Shown: positions 38,193 to 49,875 of the stretch, piece by piece | How the letters are laid out: every line of letters starts with the position of its first letter | Numbering within the stretch: the stretch's first letter is position 1 | Assembly: GCA_038087875.1 (NCBI GenBank) | Contig: JAXLNO010001064.1 | Coordinates: 124,001 to 188,000 of the forward strand | From: Malacoraja senta | Lineage: Eukaryota | Length of the DNA: 64,000 nucleotides | Reading direction: 5' to 3' | Made by a program: the position numbers and the translations under genes | Notes under the pieces: model-generated | The model's input: the letters and a program-made list of their open reading frames with translations, nothing else | The model's database searches: none | What the model was told of the DNA's origin: nothing

Positions 38193-38790
38193 TAGTTCAA
38201 GTTCAAGTGTGTTTATTGTCATGTGTCCCTGATAGGACAATGAAATTCTTGCTTTGCTTCAGCACACAGAACATAGTAGGCATTGACTACAAAACAGATC
38301 AGTGTGTCCATATACCATTATATAAATATATACACACATGAATAAATAAACTGATAAAGTGCAAATAACATATAATGGGCTGTTAATGTTCAGAGATTTG
38401 TTTGAGCCAAGTTTAATAGCCTGATGGCTGTGGGGAAGTAGCTATTTCTGAACCTGGTCGTTGCAGTCTTCAGGCTCCTGTACCTTCTACCTGAAGGTAG
38501 CAGGGAGATGAGTGTGTGGCCAGGATGGTGTGGGTCCTTGATGATACTGCCAGCCTTTTTGAGGCAGGGACTGTGATAGATCCCCTCGATGGAAGGAAGG
38601 TCAGAGCCGATGATGGACTGGGCAGTGTTTACTACTTTTTGTAGTCTTTTCCTCTCCAGGGCACTCAAGTTGTCGAACCAAGCCACGATGCAACCGGTCA
38701 GCATGCTCTCTACTGTGCACCTGTAGAAGTTAGAGAGAGTCCTCATTGACAAACCGACTCTCGGTAATCTTCTCAGGAAGTAGAGGCTAA
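38193..38790 (-). mobile_element. Rex1/Babar-type LINE 3-prime fragment
   Basis: LSNFYRCTVES...LPSGRRYRSLKTATTRFRNSYFPTAIRLLN. Confidence 0.85.
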
Positions 38791-38835
38791 CCCAGGATAA
38801 AAGGGAAATGTGGCATGGAGGTGGGAAATCAGCAT

Positions 38836-39062
38836 ACTGGTGATGGGAACCCCCTCTTTCCCTGCACCCCCCCCCACCCTGGTGATGGGAACCCCCTCCT
38901 TCCCTGCACCCCTCCACACTGGTGGTGGGAACCCCCTCTTTCCCTGCACCCCCCACCCTGGTGATGGGAACTCCCTCTTTCCCTGCACCCCCACCCTGGT
39001 GATGGGAACCCCCTCTTTCCATGCACCCCCCCACCCTGGTGATGGGAACCCCCTCTTTCCCT
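38836..39062 (+). repeat. About 39-bp minisatellite, about 6 units (CTGGTGATGGGAACCCCCTCTTTCCCTGCACCCCCCACC)
   Basis: Direct reading. Confidence 0.85.
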
Positions 39063-41735
39063 GCACTCCCCCCCCCCCCCCGGTGTGAACACTTCCCTCA
39101 ACACCTTGGTCACTCTGCTCCTTCCCTCTATGCTCACCTCCCAAACCGGTCTCATATTTCACTCTATCCCCTTCCACCCGTATCCTTCCCTCCAGCTTTA
39201 CGTTTCACTCTTCTCATCTGTAGCACCTTTTGTCTCCTTGTCACCCCTAGCCAATGTCACAACCCATCACCCTCTCCCCTGTATCCACTAATCACAAAAC
39301 AGGCTTTGTCCTGCTCCCACCTCTTGCCCGACTCCATCAGTCTGAAAGGGTCCCAACAGGAAACGACAGCATCTGCCCATTCCCTTTGTGGTCGGGTAGA
39401 TGGTGCCTGATCTGCCAAGTACCTCCAGCACTTTGTTTTGGACCAGGTTACACCCCCTGGTTAAAGTAATCCTAGTTGGCTGCTGCTGCAGGGAAAGTAG
39501 TTTAATGTTGATGACACTTGAAGTCTCATTACAAATGATCAATCCTGCCATTCACCCTACTGTAGTTTTGGAATTTGTCTAAATCTACATTTGGTTTGAG
39601 TGTTTGTTGCCAGAATCAATTTCATCTTCTCTCTGCTCTTTTGTGAAGGTGACCAATTAGTGTTAGTTTCACTTCCACTTTCTCTACCCTACTCCATCAG
39701 TCTGAAGAAGGATCCCAACCTGAAACATCTGTCCATTCACATGGCAGGCAGGCAGATGTTGCCTGACCCACTGAGTAGCTCCAACACTTTGTTTTGGACC
39801 AGGTTACATCCCCTGGTTAAAGTCATCCTAGTTGCCTCCTGTTCCAGGGAAAGTAGTTTAATGTTCATGACACTTGTTTTTAACTCATTACAATTAAGGA
39901 ATCTTGCCCCTTCCATTCACCCAACTGTAGCTTTGTTTGGAATTGGTCTAAATCTATATTTGGTTTAGTATGTTTGTGTCTGTTGCCAGAATCCATTTCC
40001 TCTCCTCTCTGCTCCTTTCTAAAGGGGTGACCAATTAGTGTTAGTTTCCACCCAGGATCTCCAAAGACTGGGTCCTCTGATGCAGGAAGAGTCTGCCAGG
40101 GTTAGACTGTCTTCCTCATTCTGCCAAATGTTGCATAAACTGGGCCAAACTTCATTACTGTTCCTTTACTTGTACGTCTCATTTAATTCAAAGTATTTCT
40201 TTGTCGGTTAAAGTAGTATCTGGTTTGTCATGGTGTGTTTCTCCGGATATTTGAACTGCCTGTATGCTCCTATCTGTTTCTGTTTGTGCACAGGGTTTCA
40301 ATGTCCATGGTAAAGGGCACAGTATCAGGGGCAGTGTTGGGGAGAACACTTCATGTGACAGGGTAAGTTTCACATTTAGGGACACAGCGCGGAAACAGGC
40401 CCTTTGGCCCACCGAGTCTGCACCGACCAGCGATCCCTGCACATTAACACTATCCTACACACACTAGGGACAATGTTACATTTATACCAAGTCAATTAAC
40501 CTACAAACCTGCACATCTTTGGAGTGTGGGAGGAAAGTGAAGATCTCGGAGAAAACCCACTTAGTCACTGGGTTGGGGTAAATAAAGTTACAAACACACA
40601 AGGGAACAAAATAAACCCGGTCTGGGGTAAAACTGAGGTAAAGTAAGTAAGTTTATTGGCCAAGTATTCACATACAAGGAATTCGCCTTGGTGCTCCGCC
40701 CACAAGTAACAACATGACATACAGTGACAGTAAATGTTATAATACAGTATAATACAGTAAATAATGTTAAACACACAGGGGAGCGGAATAAACCCGGTCT
40801 GGGGTAAAACTGGGGTAAATAATGTTTTAAACAAACAGGGGAACAAAATACACAAACAGCCCCACAGCCATCAGGATATTGAACTCAACTCAAACAATAC
40901 TCTGAACATTAATAGCCCATTATCAATTTATTTGCACTTTATCTGTTTTATTTATACATGTGTGTATATATTTATACAACGGTATATGGACACACTGATC
41001 TGTTCTGTATTCATGCCGTCTATATTCTATTGCGCTGAAGCAAAGCAAGAATTTCATTGTCCTATCTGGGACACACGACAATAAACTCTCTTGAATCTTG
41101 AATAAACCCAGTCTGGGGTAAAACATCAGATCATTCGATTCTTGGTCAGGATGTGGCATTTACATCAGAAATAAGACAGGTCTCTTACAGGTCTGTCACC
41201 CAGCCTGGCACTGCCCCAGTCCCACTATGGCCGTTACCCCCATTATCCCCACTATGGCAGTCAGTGGGGTTCAGTAAACGGGGGAACCCAGACGATGTGT
41301 CCTGACCCTTTACTTAGGCAGGTTCATGAGCCCTGAAAACCTGGGACCTCTGCTGCAGTCTCATTAAATTTCCTATTAAAGCGACTGAAAGATGCCTTGC
41401 AGGGCTGTCCCCCAGCCTGGAACTGCCCCAGTCCCACTATGGCTGTGACCCCCCACTCTGCACACTGGCAGTCAGTGGGGTTCAGCAAAGGGAGGAACCC
41501 ACAAGAACTGCCCTCACCCATTAATTAGGCTGGTTCAGGAGCAGGACCTCTGCGACAGTGTCATTAAAAAAAACACTCACAATTATATTCATCATGTTAT
41601 TTTTTATATGTCATATTTATACTTAATTACATATAGTTACAGTCATATTTACGTCATATATATATATATATATATATATAGGTATAATATATAGTTTAAA
41701 TGGACTGCAACACGGAAATAGGCTGATATGGGCAT

Positions 41736-41753
41736 TGGCCACTAGATGGCGCT
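41736..41753 (+). promoter_or_regulatory. Putative CTCF binding site
   Basis: TGGCCACTAGATGGCGCT closely matches the CTCF core consensus TGGCCACYAGRKGGCGC. Confidence 0.5.
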
Positions 41754-41799
41754 TACTTTCCCGATCTCATTTTCTAATTAGTTTAATTAATTAATGTGC

Positions 41800-42588
41800 A
41801 ACTTTTGGCACTGACGATTTATGACATCCTTCTCAATTCTATTTCATCTAAAGCTGTGGAAAATTTCATGTGGTTCCGTGGTGGGTCACGAAAATGGATT
41901 TCTAGACACATGTTTGAAGATTCCACAGCCTATGGGTGGAATTCTCAGTGATAAAATATGCGATGAATTACTTTGTGATACTGAACTGACAATTTCCCGA
42001 GCTGAACATGCTTGTCGTATTAACTAAATCATGACCTCTCACACCAGGTCATTGGGACCCGGCCCGCATTCCTCATACCATGTCGATGCTATCGACACTT
42101 CCTACCGTAAACAGCGCTCACAACCCCACACATCATCTCGACAATCTCAAAGGTTATTGGAAAGTGTTCTAACTGTAGCGGTTCCCACCCTGCAAATCGC
42201 AAACTTTGCTTAGCTCTTGGAAAAATATGCTATTTTGGCAAAAGAAGAAATAATTTCTCAAAATGTTGCAGTACTCGTGGAATCCGATCATTCCCAAGGC
42301 AGTCTGTACACTGGTTAAAACATGAAGCTGCAGATAGCAAGTACCAAGAGCTAGCAGCGCCACCTCCAGCTCTGCTCCCTGAGCATGAAGATAGCAGCCA
42401 TAACATAAACTCCCTGGTTGCTTCCACTAACAAGCAACTCAACCCTGAAGTTTCACTTCATGTCAACAACACCATTAATGTTGCAAAGATCGACACTGGA
42501 GCCAAATGCAACGTCATGTCATTATCCGAATTTAAACGGATCAGAAATGCCGAATGTATTGTAAACACTTCGACTACTTTGTTAGCCT
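41800..42588 (+). mobile_element. Degenerate Ty3/Gypsy gag-protease remnant
   Basis: ILSDKICDELLCDTELTISRAEHACR, broken zinc knuckle (LGKICYFGKRRNNFSKCC) and protease motif KIDTGAKCNVMS; several stops. Confidence 0.65.
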
Positions 42589-43488
42589 ACAATAGACAAT
42601 AGGTGCAGGAGGAGGCCATTCGGCCCTTCGATCCAGCACCGCCATTCAATGTGATCATGGCTGATCATTCCCAATCAGTACCCCGTTTATGCCTTCTCCC
42701 CATGTCCCCAGACTCCGCTATCTTTAAGAGTCCTCTCTCTTGAAAGTATCCAGAGAACCTGCCTCCACCGCCTTCTGAGGCAGAGAATTCCACAGAGTCA
42801 CAACTCTGTGAGAAAAAGTGATTCATCGTCTCCGTTCTAAATGGCTTATTCTTAAACAGTAGACCCTGGTTCTGGTTCCCCCAACATCGGTGTAGTGGCA
42901 GATTTTTCTTATCTTTTGAGAAACGAGTTCTCTAGCCGCTATTGGATGAGAATGGATAAGGGGAATATCTTCGATACCCATGCCAGCTTCCTCAGAGACC
43001 TTCAGAGCGTCTTCACTCGTAAAGCTTCAACACACAGTCTTTTGTTGAATAAATGCTTTATTGTTGATGGTAAACAGCAAGATACATCCAAGTTTCTTCC
43101 GACTCGTTACTGCAATCTTCCTTCAATTCCAACTTGCAACTTTCAACATTACAAAACTCCTCGTGTCTCCGTTACATTGACATGGTCGAAGGATTGACCT
43201 TCTCCATCGTCTCTCCAAACTAATCTAAAAACTAGACTTCTGTGTAAGCATCTAAGCTCCAAACACGCCTAAAACACATCATAAATCCAACCCACAATAC
43301 AACGGGCAGTCTAAAATGTAAAGGCACATGCCATCATCAGTGACATGCAAAACAGGCCAAATGGCCACTACATACCGGCTCCTAATTGTTCCGAGTATCT
43401 AACGAGGCAATTACTAATAAACATTTAAAAAGGTGGCCATAAAGGCTTAACATATATCAAAAGCTAAAGGTGAGGGAATAAAACCCTG

Positions 43489-43563
43489 TGGCTCCTCGTC
43501 GGGAAATTGAACCCCGGTCTAACGCGTGACAGGCAGGGATACTAAACACGATACTAACGAGGA
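43489..43563 (-). tRNA. tRNA-Asp(GTC) pseudogene with genomic CCA, inside the BEL 3-prime UTR
   Basis: TCCTCGTTAGTATCGTGTTTAGTATCCCTGCCTGTCACGCGTTAGACCGGGGTTCAATTTCCCGACGAGGAG+CCA: perfect 7-bp acceptor stem, GTC anticodon; D-loop and anticodon stem damaged. Confidence 0.85.
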
Positions 43564-44744
43564 AAAAATAGCATGCACTATATATCCGCAATCATGGCTC
43601 TTCATCGACTCTTCCATCTTCACCTTCGCCTTCTAGAAGCAAACACAACTTGGTTATTGGTCTTATAAAAACATTGTTTTTTGTTTTAAGACGTACCATA
43701 TGCACCAAACCCTGAACGTCAGGCATGATTTCTAGTATTCTTCCCATCAACCAAGAACCTCGTGATGCTGCAGAGTCAGCCTTGATAACCCAATATTTGT
43801 TACCAAGTTGGGATAACATATAATTTCTTCCTCCATGTCCAACTTGTTCATGAATATGTCGTAAAAATAATGTCGTTATGTAAAAGTCCTTTGAGAGAAT
43901 GATAGGACGTTTAGTTTTTACGGGCATTGCCAATTTGTTTAGGTGACCAAATCATCCACAGAAGACCTTCCTCCCAGACTGGGTCGAGCTTGTACAATTG
44001 ACTGTTTCTTTTTACCCCCTGTCTTCCAGCTTCCAATGTTAATATTTCTTCTTTGTATTTCTGTCTTTGACAGAAAGAGATGATCGCATTTTCCGCCTTG
44101 AGGACATCATCAAGACGTAAATCCTGTACGCCATATGAAGCTTCAAAAACTTGCATATGGCCTTCAATCTCTCTTTTCCGTTTATCAGGATTCTCTCCCA
44201 GGATACTCTCTGTAATTTGTCTCCTTTCCCGAGCCGCCAGCAATAATCTTGTTTTTATTTTAAGAAACCAGGCTACCGAAGTTATCAATTTATTCCATGA
44301 TGAAAAGTAGGTAATTAAATTGTTCACGGTGTCATATGAGTCTTTAGCAATCACATTCACCGAAATGTTTTGTTTTATTTCCGGATCATTTACAGATATT
44401 TCAAATCCGAGTTCAAGCTTTGGCCATTCTCTGCTTGGTTCACAAAGAAACTTGGGGCCCATTGATCCATCTCCTGTTATTTAGAAAGCAATTTGCTGTT
44501 AGTCCTCTAGAAGATTCGTCCAAAGGATTTTCTTTGGTGCTAACATATCTCCATTGAGAAACATGAGTAGTTCCCATTACAAAGGAGACTCTATTTGCTC
44601 CAAATGTCATAAAGCGTTTGTTTTCATTATTGAAGTATTTCAGAACCGTAGTGCTATCGATCGAGAAGATAGATTCTTCCATTTGAAATTGTAGTTCCTT
44701 TTGCAACATTATGTCAATTTTAACAGCTAAGACTGCTGCTGTTA

Positions 44745-45212
44745 AGGCTCTGTCCCACGGGCAGGCGGTGAATCGCGGTGTCGCCGGAAGAGGGGAACGC
44801 ACGGCAACCGCGAGAGCGCCACACGGATGCCGCGCGGGGGCCAAGTGATCTCCGTTCGGCCGGTCCCACGAGCTTGCGGTAAGTTAAAAAAAACGTCGAA
44901 AGGACGTCACGCGGCGTTGGGTGATGACGACATCGTGCAATGCGACGCGCTACGCGATGACGTCATTTCGGATCGCTGGGCTGTGGCGGTGCTAGTGCTG
45001 ATCGCGGCGCTGTGGCGGCGGCTCTGCGGTAGGACAACATTTTTGAACGTTGTCGGTTTTTTGTGAGCACCGTGCACTGTTGGTCCCAACAGCGCACGGT
45101 CCCGCGGTGTGCGTGGGACCGACCCCGCAGTCTCTGGTGGTCCACGAGCGGACCCAACTTCCTGCTTCACCGCCAGTAACCGCCAGTAACCGCATACCCG
45201 TGAGACAGGCCT
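44745..45212. mobile_element. PIF/Harbinger-type MITE inserted in the BEL RNase H region
   Basis: About 17-bp TIRs AGGC(T)CTGTC(C/T)CACGGG; TTA duplicated at 44742-44744 and 45213-45215; CpG-rich, non-coding. Confidence 0.75.
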
Positions 45213-47170
45213 TTAAGTTCCATTCTGGGAATCGTCATTTGTTTCAGTGGTGCCACTCAGGCTTTTCCCATTCAGAATGCAACATGCACTCTTTTGTTAA
45301 CATTTTGCAGTCTTAAATATGAAACAGCCACTTTCACTGTCATCTGAAAAATGATGCAATTGTGAACTTCTGATCTTACCAAAGTTTTTAGGCTTTATGC
45401 ACCGATCCACCTTCAACTTTGAAATTTTATGGAGGTCCGTTAACCATTCTGGCCAACGGTGCGAGGATGTTTGAGTTATACTCTCATCTCATCCAAGTTT
45501 TTCCTTACAAAGATTTTGTAAAATTAACTTGGCTGGCAGTGTAAATGGTGCAAGAAATCCCAAAGGGTCGTATACTGAGCCAATCACAGAAAAGATACCC
45601 CTTCTTGTACATGGTCGCTCCTGAATCGACAACTAAACTGAAACACATCCGTTTCCACGCACCAGTGCCCTTTCCATTGGCAAATTGTCTTTAACTAAAT
45701 CCAACTCCTTGGTTTCTTCAGCTCTGTCATCTGGTGGAATGGTTTCCAATACAACACGATTGTTGCTGATCCACTTGGAAAGTACAAATCCTCCCTTATT
45801 GTAGAGAGAGGTCAGGTGTTTTACCATTTGAATTGCTTTCTGCTCAGTAGATATGGATTTTAGGCAGTCGTCCACGTAAAAATTATTTTTCAAAGTGGAA
45901 ATTACCACCTCTGGGAAATAATCTTTATTATCCTCTGTGGTCTTCCTTAAAGCGAAATTCGCACAACTTGGAGATGACACTGCTCCAAAGAGATGTACTT
46001 TCATCCGGTAATCAACAAGAGCTTGCTGCACATCCCCTTCATGCCACAATAAGAATCGCAGGTAATCAATATGTTCACCAGCTACTTTCACTTGATGAAA
46101 CATCGATCTGATGTCAGCCATTAAAGCAATCGGTTCTTGCCTAAATTTGATGAGAACTCCAATGAGTGAGTTGGTAAGGTCTGGACCTTGCAGTAGTTCA
46201 CTGTTAAGCGATGTACCTTTAAAGACTGTAGCACAGTCAAAGACCACCCTCAATGTCCCTTTCTAGTATTTAACCCCCCTGCCGGAGGTTCCCTTCGCTT
46301 TACTCTTCTGTCCCAATCTCTGGGACTAGTATTTAACACCCCTGCCGGAGGTTCCCTTCGATTTAATCTTCTGACCCACTCTCTGGGACTAGTATTTAAC
46401 CCCCCTGCCAGAGGTTCCCTTCGACTTATTGTAACGGCAGATTTTTCTTATCTTTTGAGAAACGTATTCTCTAGCCGCTATTTGGATGAGAATGGATAAG
46501 GGGAATATCTTCGATACGCATGCCGGCTTCCTCAGAGACTGTCAAAGCTTCTTCACTCATGAAGCTTCAACACAGTCTTTTGTTGAATAAATGCTTTATT
46601 GTTGATGGTAAACAGCAAGATACATCCACGTTTCTTCCGACTCGTTACTGCAATCTTCCTTCAATTCCAACTTGCAACTTTAAACATTACAAAACTCCTC
46701 GTGTCTCCGTAACATTGACATGGTCGAAGGATTGTCCTTCTCCATCGTCTCTCCAAACTAATCTAAAAACTAGACTTCTGCGCAAGGATCTAAGCTCCAA
46801 ACACGCTTAAAAACACGTCATAAATCCCACCCACAATACAACGGGCAGTCTAGAATTTAAAGGCACGTGCCATCATCAATGACATGCAAAACAGGCCAAA
46901 TGGCCACTACACCTGACATCTGCTGAATTTCTTCAAAGTTGCCTTAAAGGCGAGATTCAACTTCTGTGTTTCTTTTTGATGGTGGAGTTGTCTGTCTTTG
47001 ATTGCCCAAACCTGTTCAGAGAGAGGGCACAATTTAAATTGTTTTCACCTTTTATAAAGTCAAAGAGTCATAGAGTCATACAGCACAGAATCATGTCCTT
47101 TGGCTCAACTAGTCTATACCATCCAAGTTGCTCCATCCAAGCTAGTCCCATGTGCCTGCAATTGACCCAT

Positions 47171-47397
47171 TTTAGCGGATGCAGAAACGACGACTACGTT
47201 TTCTGAACGGTTTTTATTGAACACTCGCTCCTTAGCAAACAGGTCTCTGCATACACGCCTGATCACAACGGTGGTCAGCAAAACAACTGTGGCGCCAAAA
47301 CGAAACCGGACGAAAACAGCAGCCCCTCCCGAGTCACGTGACCGCAGCTTCCCAACGCCGGGTTCGATATCTGCATGCGCCAGCAGGCGCCGCTACA
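47171..47397 (-). mobile_element. Probable solo LTR (227 bp)
   Basis: Ends T(T)TAGCGG...CCGCTACA as an imperfect TG..CA inverted pair; AATAAA on the minus strand; CpG-rich; TSD imperfect (CCAT/CCTT). Confidence 0.45.
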
Positions 47398-48629
47398 CCT
47401 TTCTTCTCCAAAGCTTCAAATGTATTTTATTGTCATGTGCACCAATTAAGGTGCAATTAAACTCAATTTATCATAGTCATACTAGAAAAAGCAACAAGAG
47501 ACACAACCACAGAAAAGTTAATATAAACATCCACCACAGTGGATTCTCGACATTCCTCACTGTGACGGAAGGCGATAAATTCTAATCTACTTCCTCTTTA
47601 TACTCCCGCGGTCGGGGCAGTCGAACCATTCGCAGTCGGGGTGATAGAAGCTACCACAGCTGACGATTGAAGCCCCCAGGTCAGGGCGATCGAAGCTCCT
47701 GCGGCTTGGAGCTCCCGTAGTCGATCCCTAACCAAGGGACCACATGCTCCACGATGTTAAATCCGGAGGCTCCACGGTTGGAGCTCCCGAAGTCGATCCC
47801 TAACCAAGGGACCATGTGCTCCACGATGTTAAACCCTGCAGGCTCCCGTGGTTGGAACTCCCAAAGTCAATCCCCAGCAAGAGGCCGCCAGCACCTCGAT
47901 GTTGGGCCACAGTGCGGATGCGGATGGAGATACCATACGGAAAGAAATGCATCTTCGTCGAGGTAAGAGATTTTAAAAACGTGCCCCCCCCCTCCTCCAC
48001 CCCCACATAAAATAAAGCTAAAGAACACTAAAACATCCTTTTAACACATACTAAAAACATCAAAGAAGGAAAAGGACGAGACAGACTGTTGGCGAGGCGG
48101 CCATTGTGGCGCCACCCGGTGGTTTATGTATCTGCCTAAGTGTCTTTTAAATGCAGTTATAGTTCCTTCCTCAACGACCTTCTCTGTCATCTTGTTCAAT
48201 ATAACCACGATCATCTGAGTGAAAAAACTGCCACTCAGGTTCCTCTCAACTTAAACCTATGACTTCTAGTTTTTGATTACTTTATACTGGGTCAAAGACT
48301 CTGCACACTCACCCTATCTATTCCCCTCATGATTTTACACAATTTAACTTCACACATTGAACAAAACACAATAGAGATTCCATTAACTCCGTTTTCCACA
48401 AATATGATAAACACAATATGTAATTTTACTTCGGAGTCACGTTAGTGACTACGTGAAGAGCCCGTTCAGCATGCATGCGCGACATTAGCATTCACGCAGT
48501 GCAACAGCGACGAACGGGAGTACAGGCGCTCCCGCTACAAGTTTAAAAAGCGGACCATCAGGTAAGTTCTTACTCTGAGGTCGTAATAGCAAGCTTGCTT
48601 TGCTCTGTAATTCCAGGGAAATTCGAAAA

Positions 48630-49875
48630 ATGAGTAAACCACGGCAAGCAAAGAAAACCGCCCCCCGTTCGACTCCAACAGAATGGGAGTGTCTCATCAG
48701 TGGGGGGGCGAGGGGCAGCACCTGGACCGCATATGTTGCGGCACACCCTCATCGAGACCGAGCCGAGCCCAGTGCCGCTAGCGCAGCCTGATGAGCGGCA
48801 GCGGGCTGGAGGAAAAGTAAGACAAAAAACAAACCGGCCGGTTATGTCTGACTCCGATGAGGAGGGTCCGCCTGAGAGCGGCAGAACTAGCCACCTGAGC
48901 CGAATGGAAAAGCTCAAGGAGCAACTGCTCCAGCGAGACTTGCTTCGGGAGCTGGAGCAATCTCGCACAGGGGGATCAGGCACTCCCACAGCAGTGCCTT
49001 ATAATGCACTGGCCATTGCTTCTCCCTCAGATGAGGGCAGCATTGGCGACCAGGGCTGGGCTGGTCAGGATCAGGGGTCATTGGCTGAAGATGTCGGGAG
49101 TATGCTTGGGGTACAGGATCAGGAAGAGCTGCTGGGTGTGGTAAATCGCTACGTGGCTACACCACGAGCAGGGCGGCCATTGCAGCCAAAACTGGCGGCC
49201 AGCATCAACCACCTGTCCCTCAAACCCCTACAAGATCAGGTACTTAATGAGGCACTAGAACTCTACTCGCCTCCGGGGAACTGCAGTTCGCTTAATGTAC
49301 CAGCTGTTAACAGCCAAATCTGGGGGTATGTTGGACAGAGTATTCGGAGCCAGGAGATAAAATTACAACGCATCCTCAAGCTCCTGACAACAGGGATAAC
49401 ATCCTATGCTCGTTCCGTGGATGGGGTGGATATGACCACAAACCAGCAAGACACTCTGGATCTGCTGTGCAACACGCAATACGAGATCAACAACCTCCGC
49501 AAGGAGATAATAAGACCTGCCCTCAATCCCAGGTATGCAGGACTGTGCAAAACACCGGCCTCAGAGCCACAGATCCTGTTATTCGGGAAGGACTTAACAA
49601 AACAGGTAAAATACCTGGAGGAAGAGACCAAAGCATTTGGCCTCATGAGGGCATGCCCCGGAACGAGCAGGCCCACACAACCCAGACTGCAGTACCCTAC
49701 CGCGTCCACCAGTCGAAGACAAACATTCCGGACTGGTGACAGCTCGGGGTCCGCATTCTATCCCCGAAAGCCTTTTTTAGGCCAGGGCCCAGAGCGGACC
49801 CCATGGAAAATGCACCACCCCCAACCAACAGGACACCCAGTAGTACAACGGCGGATGAAGAAACAGAAGCAATGA
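48630..49875 (+). CDS. DIRS gag-like ORF (possible frameshift in a G-run near 48705)
   Basis: PPGNCSSLNVPAVNSQIW...QEIKLQRI motif typical of DIRS ORF1; ORF 48700-49875. Confidence 0.75.

Larger units (their letters stand above)
42891..46911 (-). mobile_element. BEL/Pao LTR retrotransposon, internally deleted; 482-bp LTRs at 46430-46911 (5-prime) and 42891-43372 (3-prime)
   Basis: TG...CA LTRs with TGTAGTGG/CCACTACA ends and AATAAA on the minus strand; PPT-like AATTAGGAGCCGG. RT RVVFDC...[11 protein letters not shown]...FYVDDCL, RNase H (PRMEL.AAVLAV), integrase N- and C-terminal parts only. Confidence 0.92.

Noticed and set aside
43489-43563. Functional tRNA-Asp gene
   Set aside because: Two mismatches in the anticodon stem, loss of A14 and the D-loop GG, a B-box change and genomic CCA indicate a retro-copied pseudogene.
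3305-47572. CACAGTG heptamers as V(D)J recombination signals
   Set aside because: No correctly spaced nonamers were seen, and the V domains are ordinary spliced exons.
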